NCBI GenBank assembly: GCA_047689535.1
Contig: JBEWPZ010000001.1
Location: 54,599 to 118,598 of the forward strand
Source of the DNA: Candidatus Sulfurovum kebritense
GTDB taxonomy: Bacteria > Campylobacterota > Campylobacteria > Campylobacterales > Sulfurovaceae
Reading direction: 5' to 3'
Length of the DNA: 64,000 bases
Shown here: positions 10,689-20,781 of the stretch, in pieces
How the letters are laid out: each line of letters opens with the position of its first letter
Position numbering within the stretch: the stretch's first letter is position 1
The notes under the pieces: model-generated
What the model saw: only the letters and a program-made list of their open reading frames with translations
What the model was told of the DNA's origin: nothing
Databases searched by the model: none
Translations under genes and position numbers: made by a program

Positions 10689-12233
10689 ATGCATATTTTT
10701 CTTCTACTGATTTTACCTTTTTTTGTTTTTGCAAAACCCTTCAAGGTTGCGACCTATAATGTGGAGAATCTTTTTGATGCCCACTACAGCGGTACGGAGT
10801 ATAGTGACTATACGCGTAAGCATAACTGGACAGAACGAATCGTCGATATCAAGCTTAATCATACTGCTGAGGTGATCTGTGATCTGAATGCAGATATACT
10901 CGGCCTGCAGGAGATTGAAAATAGAGATATCCTTCATGCACTGCAAAAAAAACTGGATGAGGTGGGGTGTGCATACCCGTATATAGCTGCTACTCGCAAG
11001 GGAGAGACAGCAGTTCAAGTGGGGCTGCTCTCACGTTATCCTATAACATCGGTCAAAGAGATAGAGGTCAGCAGCACGCCGGGAGTCAGAAATATCCTTG
11101 AAGCAGTCGTTGCGGTCCAAGAACATCCTCTCTATATCTTTGTCAACCACTGGAAGTCACGCTCAAGAAATGGTTGGGAGAGTAAACGAATCGTCTATGC
11201 CAAAGCACTGAAAAAGCGTCTCAACATATTGCCAAGAGGGGTTGAGTATATTCTATTAGGGGATTTCAATACGGATTATGATGCTGACCTATACCTTGAA
11301 AAGCGTATCAATGATACACGGGGTAAAACAGGCTTGCATCATATCTTGCAGACCACAGAAGAGAAATCAAGGCTCTTTAAAGATAAGCATGTGCATTATA
11401 CACTCTGGAGTGAGTTGGCTCTGGATGAACGGTGGAATACCAAGTTTTACGGGAAGAGAGGAACGCCTGATCATATCCTTTTCTCTCAAACCATGCTGGA
11501 TGGCAAAGGGATTGACTATCGTAATAGTACCTTCGGTGTTTTTAGGCGACATTATCTCTTCACCAAACGCGGATATATCAACCGATGGGAGTATAAAAAG
11601 GGAAAACACCGGGGGAGAGGGTACTCTGACCATCTGCCACTTTATGCCTATTTTGATACCAAGCCCTATAAGAAGGAGCGTGACGTAACTATTCCGAAGA
11701 AAAGAGAAGTGAAACCGATAGAGTATCTCTATACGGTTGCGCAGTTATCCCATGAAGTCGTACTTAAAGATGCTGTTGTGATATGGAAACAACGGGGAAA
11801 TGCACTGATCAAGCAGCGTCTGAAGGGAAGAGGGATATTTCTCTACGGGTGTGCGAATGGACTTGAACAGGGGAGAGCGTATGATCTTCTGGTACGCGGA
11901 ATCAAGGCGTATCACGGACTCAAAGAGATCACGCATGCCTATATACTCAACGAAAAAGCTCTTCAGGATACCACCGTATATTATCTGACACAAGATGATC
12001 TCTTCAAACCGAATGTGATGCGTCAAAATGAACTTTTCAAAGACTTAAAAGGAGTCTACAAAGATGGATACTTTTATACAGTCGGAAGAAAAATCCCTAT
12101 CTACTTCAGAAAAAGAAAACAGGCTCCGCCAAATGGCTCCAAACTAAAGATAGCCTATGCCCATCTAGGGTATTATAAGCATCTACAGTTAGTGGTGTAT
12201 AGCCCTAAAGACTTTACTGTATTGGAGAAGTAA
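10689..12233 (+). CDS. Secreted endonuclease/exonuclease/phosphatase (EEP) family protein with C-terminal extension
   Basis: Signal peptide plus EEP motifs (VATYNVENLFD, LGLQEIEN, GDFNTDY, SDHLPL) in about the first 320 aa. The remaining roughly 190 aa are unassigned. Confidence 0.8.
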   Translation: MHIFLLLILPFFVFAKPFKVATYNVENLFDAHYSGTEYSDYTRKHNWTERIVDIKLNHTAEVICDLNADILGLQEIENRDILHALQKKLDEVGCAYPYIAATRKGETAVQVGLLSRYPITSVKEIEVSSTPGVRNILEAVVAVQEHPLYIFVNHWKSRSRNGWESKRIVYAKALKKRLNILPRGVEYILLGDFNTDYDADLYLEKRINDTRGKTGLHHILQTTEEKSRLFKDKHVHYTLWSELALDERWNTKFYGKRGTPDHILFSQTMLDGKGIDYRNSTFGVFRRHYLFTKRGYINRWEYKKGKHRGRGYSDHLPLYAYFDTKPYKKERDVTIPKKREVKPIEYLYTVAQLSHEVVLKDAVVIWKQRGNALIKQRLKGRGIFLYGCANGLEQGRAYDLLVRGIKAYHGLKEITHAYILNEKALQDTTVYYLTQDDLFKPNVMRQNELFKDLKGVYKDGYFYTVGRKIPIYFRKRKQAPPNGSKLKIAYAHLGYYKHLQLVVYSPKDFTVLEK

Positions 12234-12667
12234 TGGCATATTATCATTGGATTTTGGCATTTCATGTCATGAGCTTTATCTCTTGGATGGCGATGCTCTT
12301 TTATCAGCCCAGGCTCTATGTCTATCATAGTGAAAATGCTGAGAACAAAGGATTTGTAGAGGTTGTCAAGATACAGGAGTATAAACTGATCAAGTATATC
12401 GGAACGCCTGCGATGTGGGCCACAATCCTTTCAGGGGCTTTGATGCTCTATCTTAACCCTTCGATTTTTCAAAGTGGAGGGTGGATGCATGCGAAGTTAC
12501 TGTTTGTTCTGTTACTCTTTGCTTATCATTTTTCGTTGGAGTCTCACCGTAAAAGATTGACAGAGAACCCAAGCTATAGACCCGGCAGGTTCTACCGTTT
12601 TTATAATGAAGTGCCTACACTGTTGATGATGGGGATCGTCATCTTTGTTGTGGTTAAGCCTTTCTAA
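12233..12667 (+). CDS. hemJ: Protoporphyrinogen IX oxidase HemJ (UPF0093/CopD-like)
   Basis: 144 aa with 4 TM. N-terminus AFHVMSFISWMAMLFYQPRLYVYH and the HAKLLFVLLL motif are typical of HemJ. Confidence 0.75.
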   Translation: MAYYHWILAFHVMSFISWMAMLFYQPRLYVYHSENAENKGFVEVVKIQEYKLIKYIGTPAMWATILSGALMLYLNPSIFQSGGWMHAKLLFVLLLFAYHFSLESHRKRLTENPSYRPGRFYRFYNEVPTLLMMGIVIFVVVKPF

Positions 12668-12730
12668 TGCATGTTCACTTTAACCTTCTTATGTTAGAAT
12701 AACTAAAATTAATTTTAAAGGATTATAAGT

Positions 12731-13408
12731 ATGAATTTACCAGCTATTTCGATACCGAAAATAGATCTTCCATTTGATATACCGGTGTTACTACACCCTC
12801 CAGTAGATCATTTTGCGATTGCACTGCCAATCGTAATTTTACTGATAGAGTTTATCAATCTATTTATTAAAAAAAGAGCGTTCTCAGTACTCTCACTCTT
12901 TTTGGTGATAGCCATGGTTATTGTCGCAATCGGTGCATATTTAACTGGAAGCGTGGATGGTAAAGAGGCCTATCCTTTATTGAATGAAATGGGACAATCA
13001 GAGCTCAAGGAGCATAAGTTGCTGGGTACGTATGTGATGCTGGCATCAGGTATTGTCCTTCTATTCAAGTTGGCTTCAATGCTCTCTTCCAACGGGCTGG
13101 TAAAAGCATTTTACGTGTTAGTACTTGCCGTCTTTGTCGCAGTAGTACTGAAACAAGGTAAAGAGGGTGGAGAACTTGTTTATGAGTACGGGGCAAATGT
13201 GGAAATGGTCAGTACACTGGATGATGAGAGATTTGACCTTGAAGAAGAACGTGATGAACTCGAAGAAGAGTTAGATGCTGTTACTGAAGAGCTGGAAACA
13301 GCACAAGAAGAGCTTGAATCACTCAAGTCAAAAGCTTCAGAGCTTGTAGATGTAGCAAATGATACGAACGTATCAACATCTGATACGGCAGTTTCAACAG
13401 AAAATTAG
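12731..13408 (+). CDS. DUF2231-like membrane protein with acidic coiled-coil tail
   Basis: HPPVDHFAIALP motif, 4 TM, then a roughly 70-aa D/E/L-rich heptad-like C-terminus. Confidence 0.6.
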   Translation: MNLPAISIPKIDLPFDIPVLLHPPVDHFAIALPIVILLIEFINLFIKKRAFSVLSLFLVIAMVIVAIGAYLTGSVDGKEAYPLLNEMGQSELKEHKLLGTYVMLASGIVLLFKLASMLSSNGLVKAFYVLVLAVFVAVVLKQGKEGGELVYEYGANVEMVSTLDDERFDLEEERDELEEELDAVTEELETAQEELESLKSKASELVDVANDTNVSTSDTAVSTEN

Positions 13409-13417
13409 ATGGTCGGC

Positions 13418-13792
13418 CTACGAGCCGCCATCCCCCTCTACTGTAAATTCTATCTCATATCTCTCTTCAGGAATTTTCGTTTCAAGGTTTGCAAGGTATT
13501 TCGCCATCAGACGTGTCTGCTCAGGTGTGAGTGATTGGGCAAAAGAGATCATGATCGTTCCAAATGCAGTTCTGGTTTTTCCCTGCTGAAGGTTTTTGAG
13601 GCGTGTGAGTATGACCTCCTCTTTTAATCCTTGCAGTCTAGGTGAAGCACCCATCCCTTCCCCATAGTTTCCATGACATGAGTTACAGGCATTTTGCATA
13701 TAGAGTTGTTTCATCTCATCTTTTTGTGCCTGACTGAGTTCTGCAGCACTCAGTGATAAGGTAATGATTGGCAATAAGAGTATCTTTTTCAT
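13418..13792 (-). CDS. Monohaem class I c-type cytochrome
   Basis: Signal peptide, haem-binding CNSCH, distal Met region. 124 aa. Confidence 0.8.
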   Translation of the reverse strand: MKKILLLPIITLSLSAAELSQAQKDEMKQLYMQNACNSCHGNYGEGMGASPRLQGLKEEVILTRLKNLQQGKTRTAFGTIMISFAQSLTPEQTRLMAKYLANLETKIPEERYEIEFTVEGDGGS

Positions 13793-13815
13793 ACTGTTAT
13801 TATAGTGAAAGCATC

Positions 13816-14538
13816 TTAGTAGAGTATTCTGGCGAGATAGAGTCCCTCAGGAGGAGCAAGCCTGTAGTTGTACCTCTTTTCTCCCTCCAATTGTGCTTGA
13901 AGCTGGGAGAGTCGCAGTTCACCTCTGGCACACTGCATCGCACACTCGATCATCATCCTTACCTGTGAACGCAAAAAACCATTGGCCTCAAAGTAGATGA
14001 AGTGATAGTGGTTGATTTTCTTGTATCTGGCTTGGTAGATAGACCGTATTGTAGTATGTACATCACTACCTGTTTTGTGGAAGTATTTGAAGTCGTGTGT
14101 ACCGATATAACGCTCCAGCGCTTTTTGAAGTATTGCTTCATCGAAAGGTGCATAGTACGAGATATATTTTCTCTCAAAGACCGAGGGGGTCTCTGTTTTG
14201 AACACATAACGATAGAGACGTTTTTTCGCAGTGAATCTTGCATGAAAAACATTATCTACTTTTGCAATATGTTTGACCGCGACAGCGTCTAGTTTACGGT
14301 TGAGGTTTAGTTTGAGCTTTTCGAGGTTACTCCAGTAGGAGGGGAGGTCAAAGTGTATGACCTGTCCGGTAGCATGTACCCCTCTGTCGGTACGACCTGA
14401 ACCGGTAATCGCTGAATCTATCTTCAGGGATTTCAATGCATCCTCGATCGCTGAAGTGACAGTCTCTTTGGTCGTTTTTTGTCGCTGAAAACCATAGAAA
14501 GCGCTCCCGTCGTAGGTGATCACTGCTTTAACTCGCAC
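13816..14538 (-). CDS. truA: tRNA pseudouridine(38-40) synthase TruA
   Basis: YDGSAFYGFQRQ and GSGRTDRGVHATGQV catalytic motif. Confidence 0.9.
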   Translation of the reverse strand: MRVKAVITYDGSAFYGFQRQKTTKETVTSAIEDALKSLKIDSAITGSGRTDRGVHATGQVIHFDLPSYWSNLEKLKLNLNRKLDAVAVKHIAKVDNVFHARFTAKKRLYRYVFKTETPSVFERKYISYYAPFDEAILQKALERYIGTHDFKYFHKTGSDVHTTIRSIYQARYKKINHYHFIYFEANGFLRSQVRMMIECAMQCARGELRLSQLQAQLEGEKRYNYRLAPPEGLYLARILY

Positions 14539-15557
14539 TAAAAATACCTTGAAACCCGTTTATGAAATAGCCATTTTCCCATCAGCCATAACACCATACT
14601 GATGAGGAACAGTAGGGGTAGATTTCCATTTTTTTGAAATGCTGAGGCGATAAGGTAGAGTATAAATATCACAATGAAAGTTGTCAATATCGTATGGTTT
14701 TTTTGGTACCGCGGATTGATAATGGTAAATGCTGCAATCAGATAGACGGATAAGAGAGGAATCAGGCTTATAAAGAGGTTGAAGAGTGCCTTGTGCATTC
14801 TTTTTTTGTTGGTTTGGGCTTCTGCCCAGTAGGATAAAACACTTCTAAACTCAAAACCTTCTTCTCTCTTTCTATCATAGACACTGAGCTCTCTATACTG
14901 AGCTTCTTGCAGTTTCTCTTTTGTGTAGGTATACCCGTAGCCATCAGTAAGTTTCAGCAGCATTCTTCCGTTCTCATGAAGCAATTCACCCTTTTGTGAG
15001 CTAAAAAACTGTTCTTCACCTTCACTTGTCTGGTTGTAGATGACAAGGTTCTGAAAGGCGCTTTCGTTTTTATCTTTGACATAGATATAGAAATCCCCAA
15101 ACTTTTGACCGATCTTACCCGGTATGATATTGAAACTTGCTTCCGCTCTTTTTTCTGCTTTAAATGCATTGTAGGCCTGTACACCTAAGGGCATGGTAAT
15201 GAAAGCAATGGAGAGTAACAGCAGAGAGAAGAGAAAGGCTAAAATGAAAAAACTCTTTACTACTGATTTGGCATTGATCCCCAAGGCATGCAGTGCAATA
15301 AGCTCATTATCCTGGGAGAGCCTTCCCAGTAAATTCGCCAGCGCAGTAATAAAAGAGATAGGTAAGGTATAGAAGACAATCTCGGGAAGAGAGAGAACAT
15401 AGAGCTTAAGGAGTTCATAAAATGTAAGATTGATCTTTGCGGTCAGAGAGGAGATCTGAATCAGAAAGACTAAGGATACAATCAGGTAAATAGGTAAAAA
15501 TATCGTTAAAAATGATTTGGTGAAGTTGGATGAAAGATACCCTTTGATGTTAACCAT
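14538..15557 (-). CDS. LptF/LptG (YjgP/YjgQ) family LPS export permease
   Basis: 339 aa. Topology is 3 TM, a periplasmic beta-jellyroll-like insert, then 3 TM. Confidence 0.75.
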   Translation of the reverse strand: MVNIKGYLSSNFTKSFLTIFLPIYLIVSLVFLIQISSLTAKINLTFYELLKLYVLSLPEIVFYTLPISFITALANLLGRLSQDNELIALHALGINAKSVVKSFFILAFLFSLLLLSIAFITMPLGVQAYNAFKAEKRAEASFNIIPGKIGQKFGDFYIYVKDKNESAFQNLVIYNQTSEGEEQFFSSQKGELLHENGRMLLKLTDGYGYTYTKEKLQEAQYRELSVYDRKREEGFEFRSVLSYWAEAQTNKKRMHKALFNLFISLIPLLSVYLIAAFTIINPRYQKNHTILTTFIVIFILYLIASAFQKNGNLPLLFLISMVLWLMGKWLFHKRVSRYF

Positions 15558-16284
15558 AGATGATTAGCTCCAAAAGGTCAGCCGCCTGTGTATCAAAAAG
15601 ATAGGTAATCAGTGTTGCCAGTGCTAAGAAGGGTACAAAAGGTACGCCTTTTTCTCTCCAAATGAGTGCCGGTATAATGGCCAAAATCGCAGAGAGAAAG
15701 ATCGCGATAAAAAAGCCGGGAAAACCGAGAAGGGCTCCCATCGTGCCGGCTACGATCACGTCTGCTCCGCCCATAGCCTGACGTCCGGCAAGAAGAGAGG
15801 AGAGGAGACCTATCAGATAGAGTCCTCCTGCTGCGATCGCGGCATAGAGTGCTGACTCTATAAAGTTCGGTTGGACTAAGGCAAATAGCAGTGCTGCAAA
15901 ATTGACATTGTCAGGTACGGCCATATATTCAAAGTCTATCACCACCAAAGCAAAAAGTGCAGCAAAGGAAGCAGCAACAAAAGGAAGATACCAGACCAGT
16001 CCGAGTTTGAAATAGAGAGCAAGGAAGATGACCCCTGTCAGAAACTCTACGACTGGGTACTGTGCTGAGATCTTCTCTTTACAGAAAGCACATTTCCCGC
16101 CCAGCGCAAGCCATGAGAAGAGAGGGATATTGTGGTACCACTTCAGGGGTGTGCCGCAGCTTTGGCATTTGGATGAAGGAAAGACGATACTCTCTCCTTT
16201 CGGTATACGGTAGATCACGACATTTAAAAAAGAACCGATCATGGTACCGAAAATAAATACTGCAAGAGTAACAGTCAACTCCAT
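15550..16284 (-). CDS. A24-family prepilin peptidase
   Basis: N-terminal CQSC..CAFC zinc motif, polytopic membrane core, GGADV-type aspartate motif. Confidence 0.85.
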   Translation of the reverse strand: MELTVTLAVFIFGTMIGSFLNVVIYRIPKGESIVFPSSKCQSCGTPLKWYHNIPLFSWLALGGKCAFCKEKISAQYPVVEFLTGVIFLALYFKLGLVWYLPFVAASFAALFALVVIDFEYMAVPDNVNFAALLFALVQPNFIESALYAAIAAGGLYLIGLLSSLLAGRQAMGGADVIVAGTMGALLGFPGFFIAIFLSAILAIIPALIWREKGVPFVPFLALATLITYLFDTQAADLLELIIYG

Positions 16285-16989
16285 TTATACACCTCCAAAA
16301 CGTCTGGAACGTTGTTTATAATTTGTTAATATGGTATCCAGTTCTTCGGTTGTAAAATCCGGCCACAGGGTAGGGGTAAAGTAGAACTCAGCATAACTGA
16401 TCTGCCAAAGAAGAAAATTGGAAATCCGCTCTTCACCGCTAGTGCGGATAAGAAAGTCTATATCACTGTATGGCGTTTGCAGGTGAGAAGAGATATCCTC
16501 TTCGGTAATTTCGCTTTTTCCATCTCTGATCAACCTGTTGACAGTATCTGTGATCTCGGCGCGCCCTCCATAGTTGAGTGCAAGGATCTGTGTAAGGTTG
16601 GTATTATGGCGGGTCAGCTCCTCGGTTTTTTTAATCCGTTTTTGCAGTGCCGTGGAGAACTCAGAGATATTTCCGATGGCTTGAAAACGTACACCATGCC
16701 TTTGGTAAGTATCTACCTCATTTTGAAGGTATCTGTCCAGCAGTTTCATCAAAAACTCCACCTCCACTTTAGGCCGTTTCCAGTTTTCTGTACTGAAGGC
16801 ATAGAAGGTAACGGTCTGGATGGTTTCGTGTTTGGCACAATAGGTCGTGATCCCACGAATGATCTCAGCACCTTTTTCATGCCCTTTGACACGTTTAAGG
16901 CCACGTTCTTTAGCCCATCTGCCGTTGCCATCCATGATAATGGCCAGGTGCTTCAGTGGAAGATTATTCATCAACGAGACCCTGTGCAT
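16285..16989 (-). CDS. uppS: Undecaprenyl-diphosphate synthase UppS
   Basis: HLAIIMDGNGRWA, FSTENWKRP and RTSGEERISNFLLWQ motifs. Start could be 16971. Confidence 0.9.
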   Translation of the reverse strand: MHRVSLMNNLPLKHLAIIMDGNGRWAKERGLKRVKGHEKGAEIIRGITTYCAKHETIQTVTFYAFSTENWKRPKVEVEFLMKLLDRYLQNEVDTYQRHGVRFQAIGNISEFSTALQKRIKKTEELTRHNTNLTQILALNYGGRAEITDTVNRLIRDGKSEITEEDISSHLQTPYSDIDFLIRTSGEERISNFLLWQISYAEFYFTPTLWPDFTTEELDTILTNYKQRSRRFGGV

Positions 16990-18232
16990 GGTTCAGGATA
17001 CTCTCTGCCAGGGTAAGTTTATCCGCTTTACCCAGGTGCATTGTATCTGTTTTGGAGATAAAGGTGATCTCATTGTCCGGTGTACCAAAGCTGTCGGCAT
17101 CTTTAAGCAGGTTGTAGCAGACGGCATCGACCTCTTTCTGTTCCAAGAGTGCCTTTGCATTCTCAAGCCCATGTTGGCTGTCCATCTCTGCTTTAAATCC
17201 AACAACTGTTACACCGTCTTTGTTGAGGGAAGAGAGTATATCCGGTGTCTCTTTGAGTTCAAGGCTCCACGCTTCTCCCAGCATATTTTTTTTCATCTTG
17301 CCAGCTTGAGGGTATTTGGGGGTATAGTCTGAGACGGCCGCTACCATGAAGAGATAGGGTCTTTTTTGGATGAGTTCTATTGCGTCGGGGGTATTGAGGC
17401 TGGCTCTGCTCATCTTCCCTTTTTTGGCTACACGCAGGGCATCCTGTGTATAGTCGAGAAGCTCCTCTGTACTCTCTACTTCGATCGTATAGATCTCCTG
17501 AGGCAGTCCTTCATCACCTGTGGAGGTGATATAGCAGACATCGGCACCTTTGAGATAGAGGCTCAAGGCAATAGCGTTTGCCATTTTCCCTGAGGAGAAG
17601 TTGCTGAGATAACGTACTTCATCGATCTTTTCACGTGTACCGCCACCGGTAACCACAATGCGCCGATCTTCCCAGAAAGGATCCTTCAGGAGGGCCTTTG
17701 CCGTTGCATAGAAGATCTCACTCGGTTCTGCCAAGGCACCGCTTCCGTTATCACCGCAAGCCAACACTTTTTCTTGCGGCTCTACGATGGCGTAGTCATT
17801 GAGCTTGAGCATCTTGATAGAACCGGTAGTATAGTGGTTACTGAGCATTTTGGTATTGGCTGCGGGGGCTATAACGATCTCTTTACCATAGGCCAACGCT
17901 GTTTGTGTCAGGATATTGTCCGCGATCCCTTTGCTCAGTTTGTTGATCGTATTGGCTGTCGCCGGCGCGATCACGAAGACATCACACTTCTTACCGATCT
18001 CGATATGGTTGAGCTCACTGCTCCAGCTCTCACTGCTTTCGGTAAGTACAGGATTGCGCGTGAGCGCTTCAAAGGTCAGTGCCGAGACGAAACGTTCTGC
18101 TGCCGGTGTCATTACGATATGCACATCTGCTTCGGCCTTGACGAAGAGTCTGGCAAGATCACAGGCTTTGTAAGCGGAGATGCTTCCTGTCACACCGAGA
18201 AGAACGGTTTTACCTTGTAGATTGAGTTGCAT
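16964..18232 (-). CDS. coaBC: Bifunctional phosphopantothenoylcysteine decarboxylase / synthetase CoaBC
   Basis: N-terminal flavoprotein domain (GVTGSISAYKA) plus a C-terminal CoaB domain (ISNFSSGKM). Confidence 0.9.
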   Translation of the reverse strand: MQLNLQGKTVLLGVTGSISAYKACDLARLFVKAEADVHIVMTPAAERFVSALTFEALTRNPVLTESSESWSSELNHIEIGKKCDVFVIAPATANTINKLSKGIADNILTQTALAYGKEIVIAPAANTKMLSNHYTTGSIKMLKLNDYAIVEPQEKVLACGDNGSGALAEPSEIFYATAKALLKDPFWEDRRIVVTGGGTREKIDEVRYLSNFSSGKMANAIALSLYLKGADVCYITSTGDEGLPQEIYTIEVESTEELLDYTQDALRVAKKGKMSRASLNTPDAIELIQKRPYLFMVAAVSDYTPKYPQAGKMKKNMLGEAWSLELKETPDILSSLNKDGVTVVGFKAEMDSQHGLENAKALLEQKEVDAVCYNLLKDADSFGTPDNEITFISKTDTMHLGKADKLTLAESILNHAQGLVDE

Positions 18233-19524
18233 TACTTTGCTCCAAAGAATTTATAAAAGAAGTTTTTGATCGTCTTCATCGGTGTACGTGACATGGCAAG
18301 CTCACCTTTGGCAACATTTTTTGTAATGGTACTTCCTGCTGCAATGAGTACATCATCTTCTATCGTTACAGGGGCTACCAGTTGTGTGTCAGAACCTACG
18401 AAAACATTTTTGCCGATCTTTGTTTGATACTTGTTTTTACCATCATAGTTACAGGTAATTGTTCCCGCACCGATATTCGTCCCTCTGTCGATCGTTGCAT
18501 CGCCAAGGTATGCCAGGTGTCCGGCTTTGACACCCTCAAGCGTGGATTTTTTCACCTCGACAAAGTTACCGATGTGGGTATGTCTGAGTATAGAGTTTGG
18601 TCTCACCCGACCCATCGGCCCCACGGATGATGCTTCGACCACTGCATCCTCGACCACAGAGTTTGCTTTGATATGTGCCTCTTTCAGTGTGGAGGCTCCA
18701 AGGATGGATACCCCGTTTTCCAGGATACACTCCCCTTCAAATGTTGCACGGACATCAATGAAGATCGTCTGAGGGAGTCGCATGATCACCCCTTCCCTCA
18801 TCCAGTGGTTACGGATACGTGTCTGCATGATCTCTTCGGCATGTGCCAGGTCAAGCTTGGAGTTCACCCCCTTGAACTCCTCTTCTTCTACAAAGACGGG
18901 GTGAACGACTCTCTCTTCCTCCACTGCCATTTTGATGATATCAGTCAGATAGTACTCTGCCTGTGCATTGTTGTTATTGAGTTTTGGAATATACCGTTCC
19001 AGAAGTTCGCTGTTGACTGCATAGACGCCTGCATTGACGTCTTGTACTAGAAGCTGTTCTTCAGTACAATCTTTTTGCTCCACGATCTCATGTACATTGC
19101 CGTCTTCAATGATTACACGGCCGTATCCGCTTGGGTTTTCAAGGGTGATGACCGACATATTAATCTCTGCATCCCCTGCGGTCAATGCCTCCAGTGAAGA
19201 TTTGGTGATCAGCGGCATATCACCGTTGAGGATCAACGTACGCTCATATCGGGTCTTTACCCCTTTCATCGCTCCGCCTGTACCCGGGAACTGTTCAGCA
19301 TCCTGGATATGAAACTGTATCCCCTGATAGATTGCTTCTATCTCTTCTCTGATCCGTTCTTCCTGGTGGTAGAGTACAACAGTGATATCTGTAGAGATCT
19401 CTTTGGCAGCATCTATCGCGTGAAAGAGCATTGGTTTTCCCGAGATCGTATGAAGGACTTTGGGTGTTAAGGATTTCATCCTGGTCCCCTGTCCTGCTGC
19501 TAGTATGACTACACTGATAGACAT
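18232..19524 (-). CDS. glmU: Bifunctional GlcNAc-1-P uridyltransferase / GlcN-1-P acetyltransferase GlmU
   Basis: ILAAGQGTRMKS nucleotidyltransferase motif and C-terminal hexapeptide repeats. Confidence 0.92.
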   Translation of the reverse strand: MSISVVILAAGQGTRMKSLTPKVLHTISGKPMLFHAIDAAKEISTDITVVLYHQEERIREEIEAIYQGIQFHIQDAEQFPGTGGAMKGVKTRYERTLILNGDMPLITKSSLEALTAGDAEINMSVITLENPSGYGRVIIEDGNVHEIVEQKDCTEEQLLVQDVNAGVYAVNSELLERYIPKLNNNNAQAEYYLTDIIKMAVEEERVVHPVFVEEEEFKGVNSKLDLAHAEEIMQTRIRNHWMREGVIMRLPQTIFIDVRATFEGECILENGVSILGASTLKEAHIKANSVVEDAVVEASSVGPMGRVRPNSILRHTHIGNFVEVKKSTLEGVKAGHLAYLGDATIDRGTNIGAGTITCNYDGKNKYQTKIGKNVFVGSDTQLVAPVTIEDDVLIAAGSTITKNVAKGELAMSRTPMKTIKNFFYKFFGAK

Positions 19525-19601
19525 TTTGTACCCCTTTTTGATAGAATTACATGAAATTTAATAGTATCGTGATTATATCGAATTAATTTAAAGGCATTGT
19601 A

Positions 19602-20717
19602 GTGACATGTAAACATTTTGGAGAGTGCGGCTCCTGTGGGCTTTATGGTAAGAGTTATGCACATCAGTTGGAATATAAACAAGAGAAGGTCTCAACACTT
19701 TTGGCTCCTTTTTATAGTGGAGTATTGGAGGTCTATGACTCTCCCGATTCACATTATCGTACCAGGGCGGAGTTCCGTATCTGGCATGAAGGTGAGAGAT
19801 GTGACTATGCGATGGGAAATATAGAGAAAAACGGTGCAGTGACAATAGAGGAGTGTCCCAAGGTCACTGAGCCCATCCAAAAGCGCATGTGGAGACTTCT
19901 GGAGAGGATCAATACTTCCTCGGAAGTATTGAAAAACCGTCTGTTTGCCGTAGAGTTTTTGGCAACCACGACGGATGAGTGTCTTATCACGATGCTCTAT
20001 CACCGTAAGCTGGATGAAGCATGGAGTGAAGAAGCGAAAGTTTTGGAAAAAGCGCTCAATGCCAAGATCATGGGGCGCAGCCGTAAACAGAAGGTGGTAC
20101 TCAGCGATGAGTATGTGACTGAAGCGCTCGTGATAGATGGCAAGACTTTTCGCTATGTAGAGTATGAGAGCGGGTTTACCCAACCCAACCCGGAGGTCAA
20201 TGTGAAGATGATCGAGTGGGCGATCAGGCAGGCCAAGAAGGTCGGATATGGCGATTTCCTGGAGAGCTACTGCGGACTGGGGAATTTTACACTGCCGCTC
20301 TCATTCTATTTTGACAGGGTTCTGGCTACAGAAATATCCAAGCGTTCCATCCATGCGGCACTGCAAAACTGCGAACTGAACCATATAGAAAATATCACAT
20401 TTGCCAGACTGGCATCTGAAGAGATGACCGAAGCACTGCAGGGCAAAAGGGAGTTTAACCGGCTCAAAGGGATCGATCTTAAAAGTTATGATTTCAGTAC
20501 GGTACTGGTCGATCCGCCGCGGGCAGGACTGGATGAGGGGACGATAGAGCTTATCAGCAACATTGAATATATTATCTATATCTCCTGTAACCCCGAGACA
20601 CTTGCACGTGATCTTGAGATACTGTCTCAGACGCATAAAGTGCTTGAAGCAGCAATCTATGACCAGTTTCCACACACTGAACATGTAGAAAGTGGTGTGT
20701 TTCTGAAGAAAAAGTAG
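19602..20717 (+). CDS. trmA: tRNA (uracil54-C5)-methyltransferase TrmA
   Basis: HYRTRAEFRIWH, FTQPN, LESYCGLGNF, DPPRAGLD, ISCNPETL and QFPHTEHVE are colinear with E. coli TrmA. Confidence 0.88.
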   Translation: MTCKHFGECGSCGLYGKSYAHQLEYKQEKVSTLLAPFYSGVLEVYDSPDSHYRTRAEFRIWHEGERCDYAMGNIEKNGAVTIEECPKVTEPIQKRMWRLLERINTSSEVLKNRLFAVEFLATTTDECLITMLYHRKLDEAWSEEAKVLEKALNAKIMGRSRKQKVVLSDEYVTEALVIDGKTFRYVEYESGFTQPNPEVNVKMIEWAIRQAKKVGYGDFLESYCGLGNFTLPLSFYFDRVLATEISKRSIHAALQNCELNHIENITFARLASEEMTEALQGKREFNRLKGIDLKSYDFSTVLVDPPRAGLDEGTIELISNIEYIIYISCNPETLARDLEILSQTHKVLEAAIYDQFPHTEHVESGVFLKKK

Positions 20718-20781
20718 TTGTTTACACTTCATTGACAGTTGCCTGTTAAGATGGATACAATCAAAACAGGCAAGGTCGACA

